Positions 18,276 through 27,909 of a stretch of DNA of 64,000 nucleotides are shown in pieces. A program made the translations under genes and the position numbers. The notes under the pieces were generated by a model. The model was not told where the DNA came from. It saw nothing but the letters and a program-made list of their open reading frames with translations, and searched no databases. Every line of letters begins with the position of its first letter. Position 1 is the first letter of the stretch. Origin of the DNA: Thermoproteota archaeon (GTDB lineage Archaea; Korarchaeota; Korarchaeia; Korarchaeales; Korarchaeaceae); the NCBI GenBank assembly GCA_027491915.1, contig JAOZGC010000002.1, forward strand, positions 448,001 to 512,000, written 5' to 3'.

Positions 18276-19124
18276 ATGTGGACCGGGTCCGTGGTCGCGG
18301 GCCTGGCGGCCGCCCTGGGGGCCGGGACCGTGTGGGGCCTCACCCCCGCCCTCTACCTCAGGGCCTCCAGGAGCGGCGGGTCGATCAGGGCGAACGCGTG
18401 GAAGAGCCTCGGCGGGCTGGCCGGTCTCTCCATACCCTGGCTGGCCTTCGGAGCCCCCCTCCCCGGCGACCCCGTCTCCGCGGGGCTCATAGCGCTGGCC
18501 GCCCTCTTCGGGGGAGGCTTCGGGGACTACGCCTACTTCAGGGGGCTGGCCCGGGTGGGCCCCTCCAGGGCCACCCCGATAGGGTACACCTACATGCTCT
18601 GGACCTCCCTGGCGTCCCTCCTGATCTACGGCGAGCCGCCCACCGTCAATCAGGCGGTCGGGATGATCCTGGCCCTGGCCGGGATATGGCTCATATCCCA
18701 GGACGGGGAGGGGGGGAGGTGGGACGCCGCCGGGGTGGCCTGGTCCCTGGCGGCCTCCGCCTCCTGGGCCCTCTCCCCCATAGCCATAAGGGGGGCCCTG
18801 GAGCGGGTGGCTCCGGCGGTCGCCTCCTTCTGGAACTCCCTCTTCCTCGCGGTCGGGTTCGCCGCGGCCGCGGCCCTCGGGGGCGGGATGTCCTGTGACG
18901 GGTGGGCCGAGTCAGCCCTCGGGGGCCTCCTGGGGATAGGCCTCGGGGTGACCCTCTACTACTACGGGGTGGAGGCGGCCGGGGTCAACCTTACGGTGCT
19001 AGCCAACTCCGTCACCCCGGTGGTTTCCCAGGCGGCCGGGTGGGCGGCCGGGGAGCCCCCCACGAGGAGGGTCGCCTCCGGGGCGGCGCTCGTCGCCCTC
19101 GGCCTGGCCGCCGGGGTTCTCTGA
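18276..19124 (+). CDS. DMT/EamA family transporter
   Basis: 10 TM helices, GDYAYF..L..VGPSRATP, GEPPT repeated twice. Confidence 0.85.
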   Translation: MWTGSVVAGLAAALGAGTVWGLTPALYLRASRSGGSIRANAWKSLGGLAGLSIPWLAFGAPLPGDPVSAGLIALAALFGGGFGDYAYFRGLARVGPSRATPIGYTYMLWTSLASLLIYGEPPTVNQAVGMILALAGIWLISQDGEGGRWDAAGVAWSLAASASWALSPIAIRGALERVAPAVASFWNSLFLAVGFAAAAALGGGMSCDGWAESALGGLLGIGLGVTLYYYGVEAAGVNLTVLANSVTPVVSQAAGWAAGEPPTRRVASGAALVALGLAAGVL

Positions 19125-19181
19125 TACGTCTCAAGGTTTATATCTGTCCGGCGACCGTCTAACCCACCCAAGGGGTCTGTT

Positions 19182-20963
19182 ATGAGGAAATATCTCGCCG
19201 TCATACTCTCCCTCGTCGCCGTGGCGGGGCTGTTCGGCGCGGTGTCCGGATCCCCCGCCCAGGCGGCCCCCCAGCCCCAGGAGGGACAGGAACTCGAGCT
19301 GGAGCTGATGGTCCTCAGCTGGGACGACTGGTCCGTCCACTGCGGCGAGGCCCTGGCCGACGAGCTGGGTCAGATAGGGATCAAGGTCGACCTGAACCCG
19401 CTGGACGACTCGGTCATGTATCCCAGGATAGACGCCAGGAACTACTCCATGTTCGAGATGGCGCTGGGCTATGACGCCGTCCCGACCCACATGTTCTACA
19501 GGTTCCACTCCTCCCAGGACTTCGAGGGAGGATCCAACTACTGGAGCTACAGGAACCCCCAGTACGATCAGGTGATAGAGCAGGCCATGTCCGCCCCCAG
19601 CCTGGATCAGGCCAAGCAGTACATGTACCAGGCCCAGGAGATCCTGGTCGACGACCTGCCCTACATACCCCTCTTCCTGACCCAGGACGTGCACGCCTTC
19701 TACAAGGGTTGGGAGGGGGTCCACGCCATGCCCGGCGGGCCCATAAATTCCTTCAACAAGCTCACGATAGTGGACCTGCATCACCCAGAGAAGGACACCT
19801 TCGTCATGGCCTACCCGAGCTTCCCGAGGTCCCTCAACCCGATGCCCGCGACCGACGGCAGGTCCCTCTGGTACGTCCTCCTGGTCTACGACTCCCTGCT
19901 GGCCTACGACGACAACCTCAACCTCATACCCTGGATGGCCGACAACTGGTCCGTCTCCGACAACGGCCAGACCATAACCTTCCACCTCAGGGACGGGCTC
20001 AAGTGGCACGACGGCCAGCCCGTGACCGCCGAGGACGTGGCCTTCACCTTCGAGTACGCCAAGCAGAACGAGGCCTACGGGAGCTTCTACGTGGACGTCA
20101 CCACCTACCTGGACAGCGTCGAGACGCCCGACAACAGGACCGTCGTGGTCCACCTGACCAAGCCCTACGTCTTCGCCGCCAACGCCTTCGGCCTCGTCCC
20201 GATAGTGCCGAAGCACATCTGGGAGAGCGTCCCGAGCTGGGACTGGCCGAGCTCCGACGCCCTCCAGTACGGCATAGGGAGCGGCCCGTTCAAGCTGGTC
20301 GACTTCGTGGAGGGGGACTACATAGAGCTGGAGAAGTTCGACGACTACTGGCTCGAGGGGGCTCCCAAGGTCGATCACGTGACCATAAGGGTGATAGACT
20401 CCTCGGAGGCCAGGATCCTGGCCATAAAGAACGGGGAGGCCGACACCCACAGGTACGAGCTGGAGCCGGCCTACATCGCTCAGCTGGAGAACGACCCCAA
20501 CATAGACCTCTACAGGACCTCCACCATATGGGACTACGTGCTCGGCTTCAACCTCAACCAGTGGCCGATGAACGACAGCAGGTTCAGAGAGGCCATAGCC
20601 CTGGCCATAGACAGGGATGAGATAGTCCAGAGGGCGGCCCTGGGGGCCGGCTACGCCACCGACTCCTTCGTGCCCTCGGTCAACTTCGGGGATTGGGAGA
20701 ACCCGAACGCCAAGCTCCCGTCCCGCGACCTCGACCGCGCCAGGCAGCTGCTGGCCGAGATGGGATTCAGGGACGTGGACAACGACGGGATCCTGGAGTA
20801 CTCGCCGCCCGCCCCGACTCCGCCGCCCTCCGAGAACGTCACGCCCTCTCCGCCGCCTCCACCTCCGCCCCCGCAGGCCGGCGCCGACATGACGTGGCTC
20901 ATAGCGGGCGTAGTGATCGTGATAATAGGGGTGGCGGCCGCCCTGATCCTCAAGAGGAGGTGA
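19182..20963 (+). CDS. Peptide/nickel ABC transporter substrate-binding protein (family 5), circularly permuted, with Pro-rich linker and C-terminal TM anchor
   Basis: KWHDGQPVTAEDVAFT, GSGPFKL, FREAIALAIDR; signal peptide; C-terminal TM ending in KRR. Confidence 0.92.
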   Translation: MRKYLAVILSLVAVAGLFGAVSGSPAQAAPQPQEGQELELELMVLSWDDWSVHCGEALADELGQIGIKVDLNPLDDSVMYPRIDARNYSMFEMALGYDAVPTHMFYRFHSSQDFEGGSNYWSYRNPQYDQVIEQAMSAPSLDQAKQYMYQAQEILVDDLPYIPLFLTQDVHAFYKGWEGVHAMPGGPINSFNKLTIVDLHHPEKDTFVMAYPSFPRSLNPMPATDGRSLWYVLLVYDSLLAYDDNLNLIPWMADNWSVSDNGQTITFHLRDGLKWHDGQPVTAEDVAFTFEYAKQNEAYGSFYVDVTTYLDSVETPDNRTVVVHLTKPYVFAANAFGLVPIVPKHIWESVPSWDWPSSDALQYGIGSGPFKLVDFVEGDYIELEKFDDYWLEGAPKVDHVTIRVIDSSEARILAIKNGEADTHRYELEPAYIAQLENDPNIDLYRTSTIWDYVLGFNLNQWPMNDSRFREAIALAIDRDEIVQRAALGAGYATDSFVPSVNFGDWENPNAKLPSRDLDRARQLLAEMGFRDVDNDGILEYSPPAPTPPPSENVTPSPPPPPPPPQAGADMTWLIAGVVIVIIGVAAALILKRR

Positions 20964-20982
20964 ATCCTCCTCCCCACCCTCC

Positions 20983-20990
20983 TTTTTTAT
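20983..20990 (+). terminator. Possible oligo-T terminator (or internal TATA) between SBP and permease genes
   Basis: TTTTTTAT about 20 nt after the SBP stop. Confidence 0.35.
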
Positions 20991-21033
20991 CCTCCCGCCG
21001 CAGGCGCCCACCGTCGGGTGAGCCCCACTGGGG

Positions 21034-22008
21034 ATGAGGGAGTACGTTCTCAGGAGGGCCGCGTCCTCCCTGGTCACCTTCCTCCTGATAATAGTCCTGA
21101 ACTTCTTCATATTCAGGATAATGCCCGGGGATCCGGCCAGGGCCGTCGTCGGGGACGTCAGGATGAAGCCCGAGATCAGGGAGATACTGGTCAGGAAGTT
21201 CGGCCTAGACAAGCCCATATGGGTCCAGTTCCTCTACTACCTGGACAGGCTGGCCCACGGCGACCTGGGCTACTCCTTCCAGTATCCGGGAACCCCGGTC
21301 ACGGACCTGATCTTGGGCAGGAGGATGGTGAACACCTTCCTCCTGATGGGGACCTCAATAATCATATCCCTGGTGATAGGGATGGCCCTCGGCGTCGTGG
21401 CGGCCTGGAAGAGGGGGTCCAAGCTGGACGTCGGGATACTCACCTTCTCCCTGGTGACCTACTCGATACCCACCTTCTGGATGGGCATAATGATAATACT
21501 CCTGCTCGGATTCTACGGGAAGCTCATACCCCTGGGGGGGACGGTGACCCCCGGGGTCGCCTCCGAGGGGCCCGTCCAGTACTGGCTCGACTACCTGCAC
21601 CACATGATAGGCCCGACCATAACCCTCGTCCTCTCCTTCCTGGGCTACTACTTCCTCATCATGAGGAACACCCTGCTGGACGTCTTCACCGAGGACTACA
21701 TGCTCACCGCCAGGGCCAAGGGACTGAGGGACAGGACCATCCTGTTCAAGCACGCCATGAGGAACGCCCTCCTGCCCATGATCTCGGTCATAGCCCTCGA
21801 GGTGATATACCTGTTCAGCGGGGCCACGGCCACGGAGACCGTGTTCTCCTGGCACGGCCTCGGGCTGCTGGTGTACGAGTCGGTCCTGAGGTCCGACCTG
21901 CCCGTCCTGCAGGGCCTCTTCATATTCATAGCCATCTCCGTGCTCGTGGCCAACCTGCTGGCCGACATAACTTACGCCCTGGTGGACCCGAGGATCAGGT
22001 ACGGGTGA
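21034..22008 (+). CDS. dppB: Peptide ABC transporter permease (DppB/OppB)
   Basis: MPGDP, FGLDKP, GDLGYS, DYMLTARAKGL, ETVFSWHGLG, DPRIR. Confidence 0.93.
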   Translation: MREYVLRRAASSLVTFLLIIVLNFFIFRIMPGDPARAVVGDVRMKPEIREILVRKFGLDKPIWVQFLYYLDRLAHGDLGYSFQYPGTPVTDLILGRRMVNTFLLMGTSIIISLVIGMALGVVAAWKRGSKLDVGILTFSLVTYSIPTFWMGIMIILLLGFYGKLIPLGGTVTPGVASEGPVQYWLDYLHHMIGPTITLVLSFLGYYFLIMRNTLLDVFTEDYMLTARAKGLRDRTILFKHAMRNALLPMISVIALEVIYLFSGATATETVFSWHGLGLLVYESVLRSDLPVLQGLFIFIAISVLVANLLADITYALVDPRIRYG

Positions 22009-22012
22009 TGGC

Positions 22013-22894
22013 ATGTCCGGCCGCGGCGCCGTCAGGAGGAGGGTGCTGGTCAGGAGGCTGAGGAACTTCTGGTCCCTCTACTCCTCCAGCAGGCTGGGCG
22101 TGTTCGGCCTCGCAGTGATCCTCTTCTACACCGCGCTGGCCGCGTTAGCGCCGCTGCTGGCCCCCTACGATCCGGACGAGTTCGTCGGCAGGCCCCTCGA
22201 CTCGCCGAGCTGGGAGCATCCCCTGGGCACCGATCAGATGGGGAGGGACCTGCTCAGCAGGCTGATAGTCGGGACCAGGGTGTCCCTGGTGGTTGGGCTG
22301 GCCGCCAGCGCCATGGCCGTGGTCATAGGGTCGGTGATAGGGCTGGTCTCGGGGTACTTCGGGGGGATCCTGGACACGGTCCTCATGAGGATAACGGACA
22401 TCTTCATACAGCTGCCGACCCTCCCGCTGATGCTCATATTCGTGGCCATCCTGGGGAAGGGGATCTTCAACATAGTGCTGGTGATAGCCATCCTGGGCTG
22501 GACCGCCACGGCCAGGATGGTGAGGTCCCAGACCCTCTCCCTGAAGGAGAGGCCCTTCGTCGAGGCGGCCAGGGCCGTCGGGGCCGGGGACCTCCAGATA
22601 CTGGCGGTCCACATAGCCCCCAACGTTGTCCCCCTGATCTTCGCCAACGCCACCATCTCGGTCGTCAACGCCATACTCTCCGAGTCCTTCCTGAGCTTCC
22701 TCGGGTTCGGCGATCCGAGGATGCCCAGCTGGGGCATGCTCCTCTACTACGCCAGGATGGCCGGCGCCACGGTGAACGGGTTCTGGTGGTTCATAGTTCC
22801 CCCGGGTGTGGCCATAATGATGCTGGCCCTGGGGTTCGCCTGCATGAACTACAGCCTGGACCAGATACTGAACCCCAGGCTGAGGAAGAGGTAG
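22013..22894 (+). CDS. dppC: Peptide ABC transporter permease (DppC/OppC)
   Basis: HPLGTDQMGRD, FVEAARAVGA, LSFLGFGDP, SWG. Confidence 0.93.
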   Translation: MSGRGAVRRRVLVRRLRNFWSLYSSSRLGVFGLAVILFYTALAALAPLLAPYDPDEFVGRPLDSPSWEHPLGTDQMGRDLLSRLIVGTRVSLVVGLAASAMAVVIGSVIGLVSGYFGGILDTVLMRITDIFIQLPTLPLMLIFVAILGKGIFNIVLVIAILGWTATARMVRSQTLSLKERPFVEAARAVGAGDLQILAVHIAPNVVPLIFANATISVVNAILSESFLSFLGFGDPRMPSWGMLLYYARMAGATVNGFWWFIVPPGVAIMMLALGFACMNYSLDQILNPRLRKR

Positions 22895-22898
22895 GTAG

Positions 22899-23873
22899 GT
22901 GAGTCCCTTGGGAGACGAGGTTCTCAGGGTCGAGGACCTGGCCGTCTACTACGAGACCATGAAGGGGACTGTCAGGGCCGTGGACGGGGTCTCCTTCTCG
23001 GTCAGGAGGGGGGAGATAGTCGGGCTGGCCGGGGAGTCGGGGAGCGGCAAGACCACCACCGCCATGGCCATAATCAGGCTGCTGCCGGAGAACGGGAGGA
23101 TAGTGAGGGGGAGGATACTGCTCGGGGACCTGGACGTGGCCTCCCTCCCCGAGGAGGAGATGAGGAGGGTGAGGTGGAACAGGGTGTCCATGGTCTTCCA
23201 GGGAGCCATGAACGCCCTCAACCCGGTCCTGAGGGTCGGGGAGCAGATAGGGGAGGTCCTGGTCGAGAAGAAGGGTCTCTCGAAGAGGGAGGCCTGGGAG
23301 AGGGTGAAGGAGCTCTTCAGGCTGGTCGGGATAGACCCCTCCAGGGCGTGGGACTACCCCCACGAGTTCAGCGGCGGGATGAGGCAGAGGGCCATGATAG
23401 CCATGGCCATCGCCCTGAACCCGGACCTGGTGATAGCCGACGAGCCGGTCACCGCCCTGGACGTGGTGGTCCAGTCGCGCATCCTGGACCTCCTGAGGGA
23501 CCTCAGGGACAAGTTGGGGATAAGCGTCCTGATGATAACCCACGACCTATCGGTCATAGCGGAGACCTGCGACAGGACCGCCATAATGTACGCCGGGAAG
23601 ATAGTGGAGTACGGGGACACGGAAGTCGTCTTCGCCAGGTCCCTCCACCCCTACACCAGGGCCCTGATAGCCGCCTTCCCCAGCATAACCGGGGAGAGGA
23701 GGAACTTCGAGCCGATAAGGGGGGACCCGCCCAACATGCTGGAGGTACCGCCCGGGTGCCCCTTCCACCCAAGGTGCCCGAGCAGGTTCGAGCCCTGCGA
23801 CAGGAGGGAGCCGGAGCTGGTGGAGGCCGAGCCGGGACACTGGGTGGCGTGCCACCTGACGGGAGGAGGTTGA
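22899..23873 (+). CDS. dppD: Peptide ABC transporter ATPase (DppD/OppD)
   Basis: GESGSGKT, YPHEFSGGMRQR, ADEP, HPYT, GCPFHPRC. Confidence 0.93.
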   Translation: MSPLGDEVLRVEDLAVYYETMKGTVRAVDGVSFSVRRGEIVGLAGESGSGKTTTAMAIIRLLPENGRIVRGRILLGDLDVASLPEEEMRRVRWNRVSMVFQGAMNALNPVLRVGEQIGEVLVEKKGLSKREAWERVKELFRLVGIDPSRAWDYPHEFSGGMRQRAMIAMAIALNPDLVIADEPVTALDVVVQSRILDLLRDLRDKLGISVLMITHDLSVIAETCDRTAIMYAGKIVEYGDTEVVFARSLHPYTRALIAAFPSITGERRNFEPIRGDPPNMLEVPPGCPFHPRCPSRFEPCDRREPELVEAEPGHWVACHLTGGG

Positions 23874-23875
23874 GC

Positions 23876-24871
23876 TTGGCGGAGAAGCTGCTGGAGGTCA
23901 GGGACCTCAGGGTCTGGTTCCCGGCCAGGACCGGCCTCCTGGCCGCCCTCAGGGGGGTTAAGAGGTGGGTCAAGGCCGTCGACGGGGTGAGCTTCGACGT
24001 CAAGAGGGGGGAGGTGGTGTGCCTGGTGGGCGAGTCTGGGAGCGGCAAGACCACCACCGCCAGGGCCGTGCTGAGGCTTATAGAGCCCACCGGGGGGGAG
24101 GTCCTGTTCGACGGGGTGGACGTCCTCTCGCTCCCCAAGGCGGAGCTGAAGAGGTGGAGGACCGAGGCCCAGCTGATATTCCAGGACCCCTACGAGTCCA
24201 TAGATCCCAGGATGGTGGTGTACGACGTCGTGGCGGAGCCCCTGAGGGTGAACCGGCTGGCCGAGGGGGCAGACGACGAGTACGACAGGGTCGCCAGGGC
24301 CCTGGAGGACGTCAGGCTGGTCCCCCCGGAGGACTTCATGTCCAGGTTCCCCCACGAGCTGTCTGGGGGGCAGAGGCAGAGGGTGGCCATAGCCAGGGCC
24401 CTGATACTCAGGCCCAGGTTCCTGGTAGCGGACGAGCCGGTCAGCATGCTGGACGCCTCGATAAGGACCCAGATACTCACCCTGATGGAGGACCTGAGGA
24501 GGGAGTACGGGCTCACGTACCTCTACATAACCCACGACCTCGCCCAGGCCAGGTACACGGGGGACAGGATAGTGGTCATGTACCTGGGGAGGATAATGGA
24601 GGTGGGGCCCACCGAGGAGGTAATAAGGGATCCCCTGCACCCCTACACCAAGGTGCTCCTGTCCCACGTGCCAGTCCCGGATCCCAGGGAGGCCAGGAGG
24701 AGGGAGAAGATAGAGATACCCGGTGAGACTCCCAACCCCATAGATCTTCCGCCGGGGTGCAGGTTCTGGCCCAGGTGCCCCTTCGCCAGGGAGGAGTGCA
24801 GGGAGAGGGAGCCGGAGCTGGTTGAGGTCAGTCCGGGGCGGTTCGTGGCATGCCACCTGGCAGGAGGGTGA
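23876..24871 (+). CDS. dppF: Peptide ABC transporter ATPase (DppF/OppF)
   Basis: GESGSGKT, FQDP, PHELSGGQRQR, ADEPVSMLD, GCRFWPRC; TTG start after a GGAGGAGG SD. Confidence 0.93.
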   Translation: MAEKLLEVRDLRVWFPARTGLLAALRGVKRWVKAVDGVSFDVKRGEVVCLVGESGSGKTTTARAVLRLIEPTGGEVLFDGVDVLSLPKAELKRWRTEAQLIFQDPYESIDPRMVVYDVVAEPLRVNRLAEGADDEYDRVARALEDVRLVPPEDFMSRFPHELSGGQRQRVAIARALILRPRFLVADEPVSMLDASIRTQILTLMEDLRREYGLTYLYITHDLAQARYTGDRIVVMYLGRIMEVGPTEEVIRDPLHPYTKVLLSHVPVPDPREARRREKIEIPGETPNPIDLPPGCRFWPRCPFAREECREREPELVEVSPGRFVACHLAGG

Positions 24872-25224
24872 CGGCGGCGTCGGCCGCCCTGTACGGGATC
24901 GGCGTCGGCCTCCTGATGGCCGGCACCCGATTCGGCGTCTTCCCCTCCCACCTGACCCTGTCCATCGGGGCGATCCTGACGGCGATCGCCTGCCGGGGGC
25001 GCGATCCCCGGGAGTCCGCCGAGAACCTGGTGATCCTGCTCGCGTCCGCCCTGGTATCCGAGGCCGCGGTCAACTGCGCCCCGGCCCTGGCCGTGGGAGA
25101 CCGCGTCCTGGCCAACGCCATACTGCTCGTGGGGGTTGGGGACGCCGTCGCGGGACAGCTTATCCTGATCCCGGTCCTGTCGACCGCGGCCGCCTTGGCC
25201 GCCCTGGCCTCGGGGTATAGGTAA
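24868..25224 (+). CDS. Small hypothetical membrane protein
   Basis: About four hydrophobic segments; GTGA overlap with the dppF stop. Confidence 0.5.
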   Translation: MTAASAALYGIGVGLLMAGTRFGVFPSHLTLSIGAILTAIACRGRDPRESAENLVILLASALVSEAAVNCAPALAVGDRVLANAILLVGVGDAVAGQLILIPVLSTAAALAALASGYR

Positions 25225-25248
25225 TATCCTTCCCGGGCGGCTCGTCCT

Positions 25249-26430
25249 ATGCGCAGCCCCAGCCCCGGGGAACTGGCCGAGCTCAAGGCGGCGGCCTTCG
25301 ACGCAATAGACGAGGCCGCCGACGATGTTTGGGAACTGGCCCTGTACCTCCACGAGAATCCCGAGCTCGGGGGGAGGGAGAGGGCCTCGGTCGCTAAGAT
25401 AACCTCCCTCCTGAGGTCCAGGGGTTTCTCCGTCGAGGTGGGGGTGGCCGGTATGGACACGGCCTTCGTGGCATCGGCCCCCGGATCATCGGGGAGGCCA
25501 TCCCTGGCCTACCTGGCGGAGTACGACGCCCTGCCCGGGATCGGCCACGCCTGCGGTCACAACCTAATAGCCGCCTCCAGCGTGGCGGCCGCCCTGGGCG
25601 CGTCGTCAGCCCTCCCGTCCCTCGGCGGGTCCGTGGCCGTGGTGGGCACGCCCGGCGAGGAGAACATCGGGGGGAAGGTCATAATGGTCAGGGAGGGGGT
25701 CTTCTCAGGGTTCGACGCGGCCCTCATGGCCCACCCGGGGGACAGGTGGTCGCTGGACCAGAGGCTCCTGGCCCTCACCGCCCTGGAGTTCACCTTCAGG
25801 GGGAGGTCCTCCCACGCCGCCGCGGCCCCGGAGGAGGGGAGGGACGCCCTGGACGCGGTCGTCCTATTCATAAACGGGATAAACGCCCTGAGGGAGCACG
25901 TGAAGCCGGACGTCCGGATGCACGGGATTGTGGCGGAGGGGGGCAGGGCTCCGAACGTCGTCCCCGACCGGACCGTCTACAGGATGTACGTCAGGGCCTC
26001 CACCAGGGAGAGGGTAGACGAGGTGGTCTCCAGGGTCCTGGACGCCGCCAGGGGGGCGGCCCTCATGACCGGGTGCGAGGTCGAGTGGAGGGAGTACGAG
26101 CTTCCCCTGGATGAGATGAGGGTGAGCGAGACCCTGATTCGGCTGTTCGAGTCCAACGCCGCCCTCCTGGGGGTGAAGGAGTTCAAGGCTCACGAGGGCC
26201 TCGGCTCCAGCGACGTGGGCAATGTCAGCAGGGTGATCCCGACCATACAGCCCACCTTCAAGATAGTCCGTGAGGGGGTCCCGCCCCACACGGAGGAGTT
26301 CGCCAGGGCGGCCGCCTCCGAGGAGGCCCGGGAGGCTACCCTGAAGGTGGCCAAGATCCTGGCCGCCACCGGGGTGGACCTACTCGCCGACCCGGGCCTG
26401 TTGGAGAGGGCCAGATCCGAGATAGCGTGA
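25249..26430 (+). CDS. M20D amidohydrolase (ACY1L2/AbgB/HmrA-like)
   Basis: HENPELG, EYDALP, HACGHN, GTPGEE, MAHP, GSSDVGNVS. Confidence 0.9.
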   Translation: MRSPSPGELAELKAAAFDAIDEAADDVWELALYLHENPELGGRERASVAKITSLLRSRGFSVEVGVAGMDTAFVASAPGSSGRPSLAYLAEYDALPGIGHACGHNLIAASSVAAALGASSALPSLGGSVAVVGTPGEENIGGKVIMVREGVFSGFDAALMAHPGDRWSLDQRLLALTALEFTFRGRSSHAAAAPEEGRDALDAVVLFINGINALREHVKPDVRMHGIVAEGGRAPNVVPDRTVYRMYVRASTRERVDEVVSRVLDAARGAALMTGCEVEWREYELPLDEMRVSETLIRLFESNAALLGVKEFKAHEGLGSSDVGNVSRVIPTIQPTFKIVREGVPPHTEEFARAAASEEAREATLKVAKILAATGVDLLADPGLLERARSEIA

Positions 26431-26458
26431 CGCGAGATCCCGGCCGGGCTCGTACCAC

Positions 26459-26842
26459 CTATTCGGTCTTTCCCGCGTCGGATCGGCGGCCGACCGCCCC
26501 CAGCCTGAGCCCGTACTCCTTCAACCTAGCGAAGTGCCTCTCGTTACCGGTGAGAAGGTCCATCCCCTTGGAGATGGCCGTGGCCCCTATTATCAGGTCG
26601 GCGTCCCCCAATAGCTCTCCCCTCTCCCTCAGCCGATCGTATAGCCTGCAGTACTCGATGATCACCTCGTTGTCCAGGCCGATCACCTCGAAGGCCTCCT
26701 CCAGGAGTTCCTTGGCCCTCTCCCTGTCCCCCTCCGGCATTCCCCTGAGGAACTCGAGGACCGTCAGCACGGATACGGCGTCCCCCCTCATCTCCCCCCT
26801 CCTGAGGGAGTCTATCAGGACGTCAGTGTCCACGAGCTCCAA
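26459..26842 (-). CDS. vapC: VapC PIN-domain toxin
   Basis: VDTDVLID, LEF, DADLIIGATA, LLTGNERHF. Confidence 0.9.
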   Translation of the reverse strand: MELVDTDVLIDSLRRGEMRGDAVSVLTVLEFLRGMPEGDRERAKELLEEAFEVIGLDNEVIIEYCRLYDRLRERGELLGDADLIIGATAISKGMDLLTGNERHFARLKEYGLRLGAVGRRSDAGKTE

Positions 26843-27059
26843 GGGAGAACCCCCCCCTCCTAAACTCCCTGCTGGACTCCTCGATCCGATCCAGGTGATC
26901 TGAGGCGATCTCTCTAAGCCTGTGGAAGGCGTCCTCCCTCTTGATCTTCAAGATCTCCTCGGCGACGTCGCTCAGGAACTCACTCCAATCCCTGGCGCCT
27001 TTGAGCTTCTCCAGTCTCTCCTTCACCTCCCTCCTGACGGGGATGGTGGTATACCCCAT
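26823..27059 (-). CDS. vapB: VapB-type antitoxin
   Basis: TTIPVRREVKERLEKLKG..WSEFL; overlaps the downstream PIN gene. Confidence 0.8.
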   Translation of the reverse strand: MGYTTIPVRREVKERLEKLKGARDWSEFLSDVAEEILKIKREDAFHRLREIASDHLDRIEESSREFRRGGFSLGARGH

Positions 27060-27078
27060 CGCGGCTCTTGATTTGTGT

Positions 27079-27100
27079 GATTATTTAATTATTAATAATC
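27079..27100. promoter_or_regulatory. AT-rich inverted repeat / promoter-operator of a vapBC pair
   Basis: GATTATT-N8-AATAATC directly upstream of the antitoxin. Confidence 0.55.
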
Positions 27101-27108
27101 GCCGGGGA

Positions 27109-27531
27109 TCACGGCTCGAAGTCCCCTACGCGCCTGACCCACTCGGTTCCGACCTTCCTCACGAGGGTCTCGTCGGCCGTGTACAGCGGGGCCCCCGAGA
27201 GCTCGGAGAGCGCCGCGTAGGACGCGTCGTAGACGGTTATCCCCTTCCTCATGGCCAGCTCCACAGTTCTGCGGGCCAGATCGCCGGACAGGGGGTGGAG
27301 CGTCAGTTGGAAGTCGTCCAGCGTCTCTGCGATCTCCTTCAGTTCCTCCTCCCCGAACGCGCCCGAGTACTTCAGGGCGTTCAGAACCTCGTAGGGCAAT
27401 ATGTCCGGCGCCTCCAGGTCCAGGGCGCCAGAGGAGTAGGCGTCCCTCAGCAGCCTGGCCTCGGCCGAGTCATCCTCCTCCACGAACCACTTCACCACGA
27501 CCGAGGCGTCTACTACCGCCTTTCCCTCCAT
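27109..27531 (-). CDS. vapC: VapC PIN-domain toxin
   Basis: VVDASVVVKWF, YEVLNAL, YDASY, LYTAD. Confidence 0.9.
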   Translation of the reverse strand: MEGKAVVDASVVVKWFVEEDDSAEARLLRDAYSSGALDLEAPDILPYEVLNALKYSGAFGEEELKEIAETLDDFQLTLHPLSGDLARRTVELAMRKGITVYDASYAALSELSGAPLYTADETLVRKVGTEWVRRVGDFEP

Positions 27532-27761
27532 CTCCTTATCTCCTCCACGGAGCTCCATCCCTCAACCTTTCTGGAGAGCTTCTCCGACCTCAGGGCTGCC
27601 CTCTTTATCCTGAGCGCGTCTTTCTCGCGCCTCCTTGCCTCCTCCCTCTCGATGACCTCTACGATCGCCCTCCTGACCACCTCGCTCCAGTTCACGTGCC
27701 TCAGCTCATCCATCTTCCTCTTTATCCTCCTGTCAATCCTGAAGCTCACGACCACGGACAT
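27513..27761 (-). CDS. vapB: RHH/CopG-type antitoxin
   Basis: VVVSFRID..NWSEVVRRAI..SSVEEIRRWRE; overlaps the toxin. Confidence 0.82.
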   Translation of the reverse strand: MSVVVSFRIDRRIKRKMDELRHVNWSEVVRRAIVEVIEREEARRREKDALRIKRAALRSEKLSRKVEGWSSVEEIRRWRERR

Positions 27762-27909
27762 CGGGCCGCATTACTGGTTTGTAATATAAGTATATACAGA
27801 TTGGGGGCCCTGCTGGCCGGGCCGGATCCCCCCGCCGCGGCGTCGGGATTCGGGAACCGGGTCGGCGGGGGCGCGCCTCTTTTTATCGGGTGAGACCGCG
27901 GACCCTCCA

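Noticed and set aside
20800-20880. CCG-rich repeat in the SBP gene
   Set aside because: Encodes an ordinary Pro-rich linker before the membrane anchor
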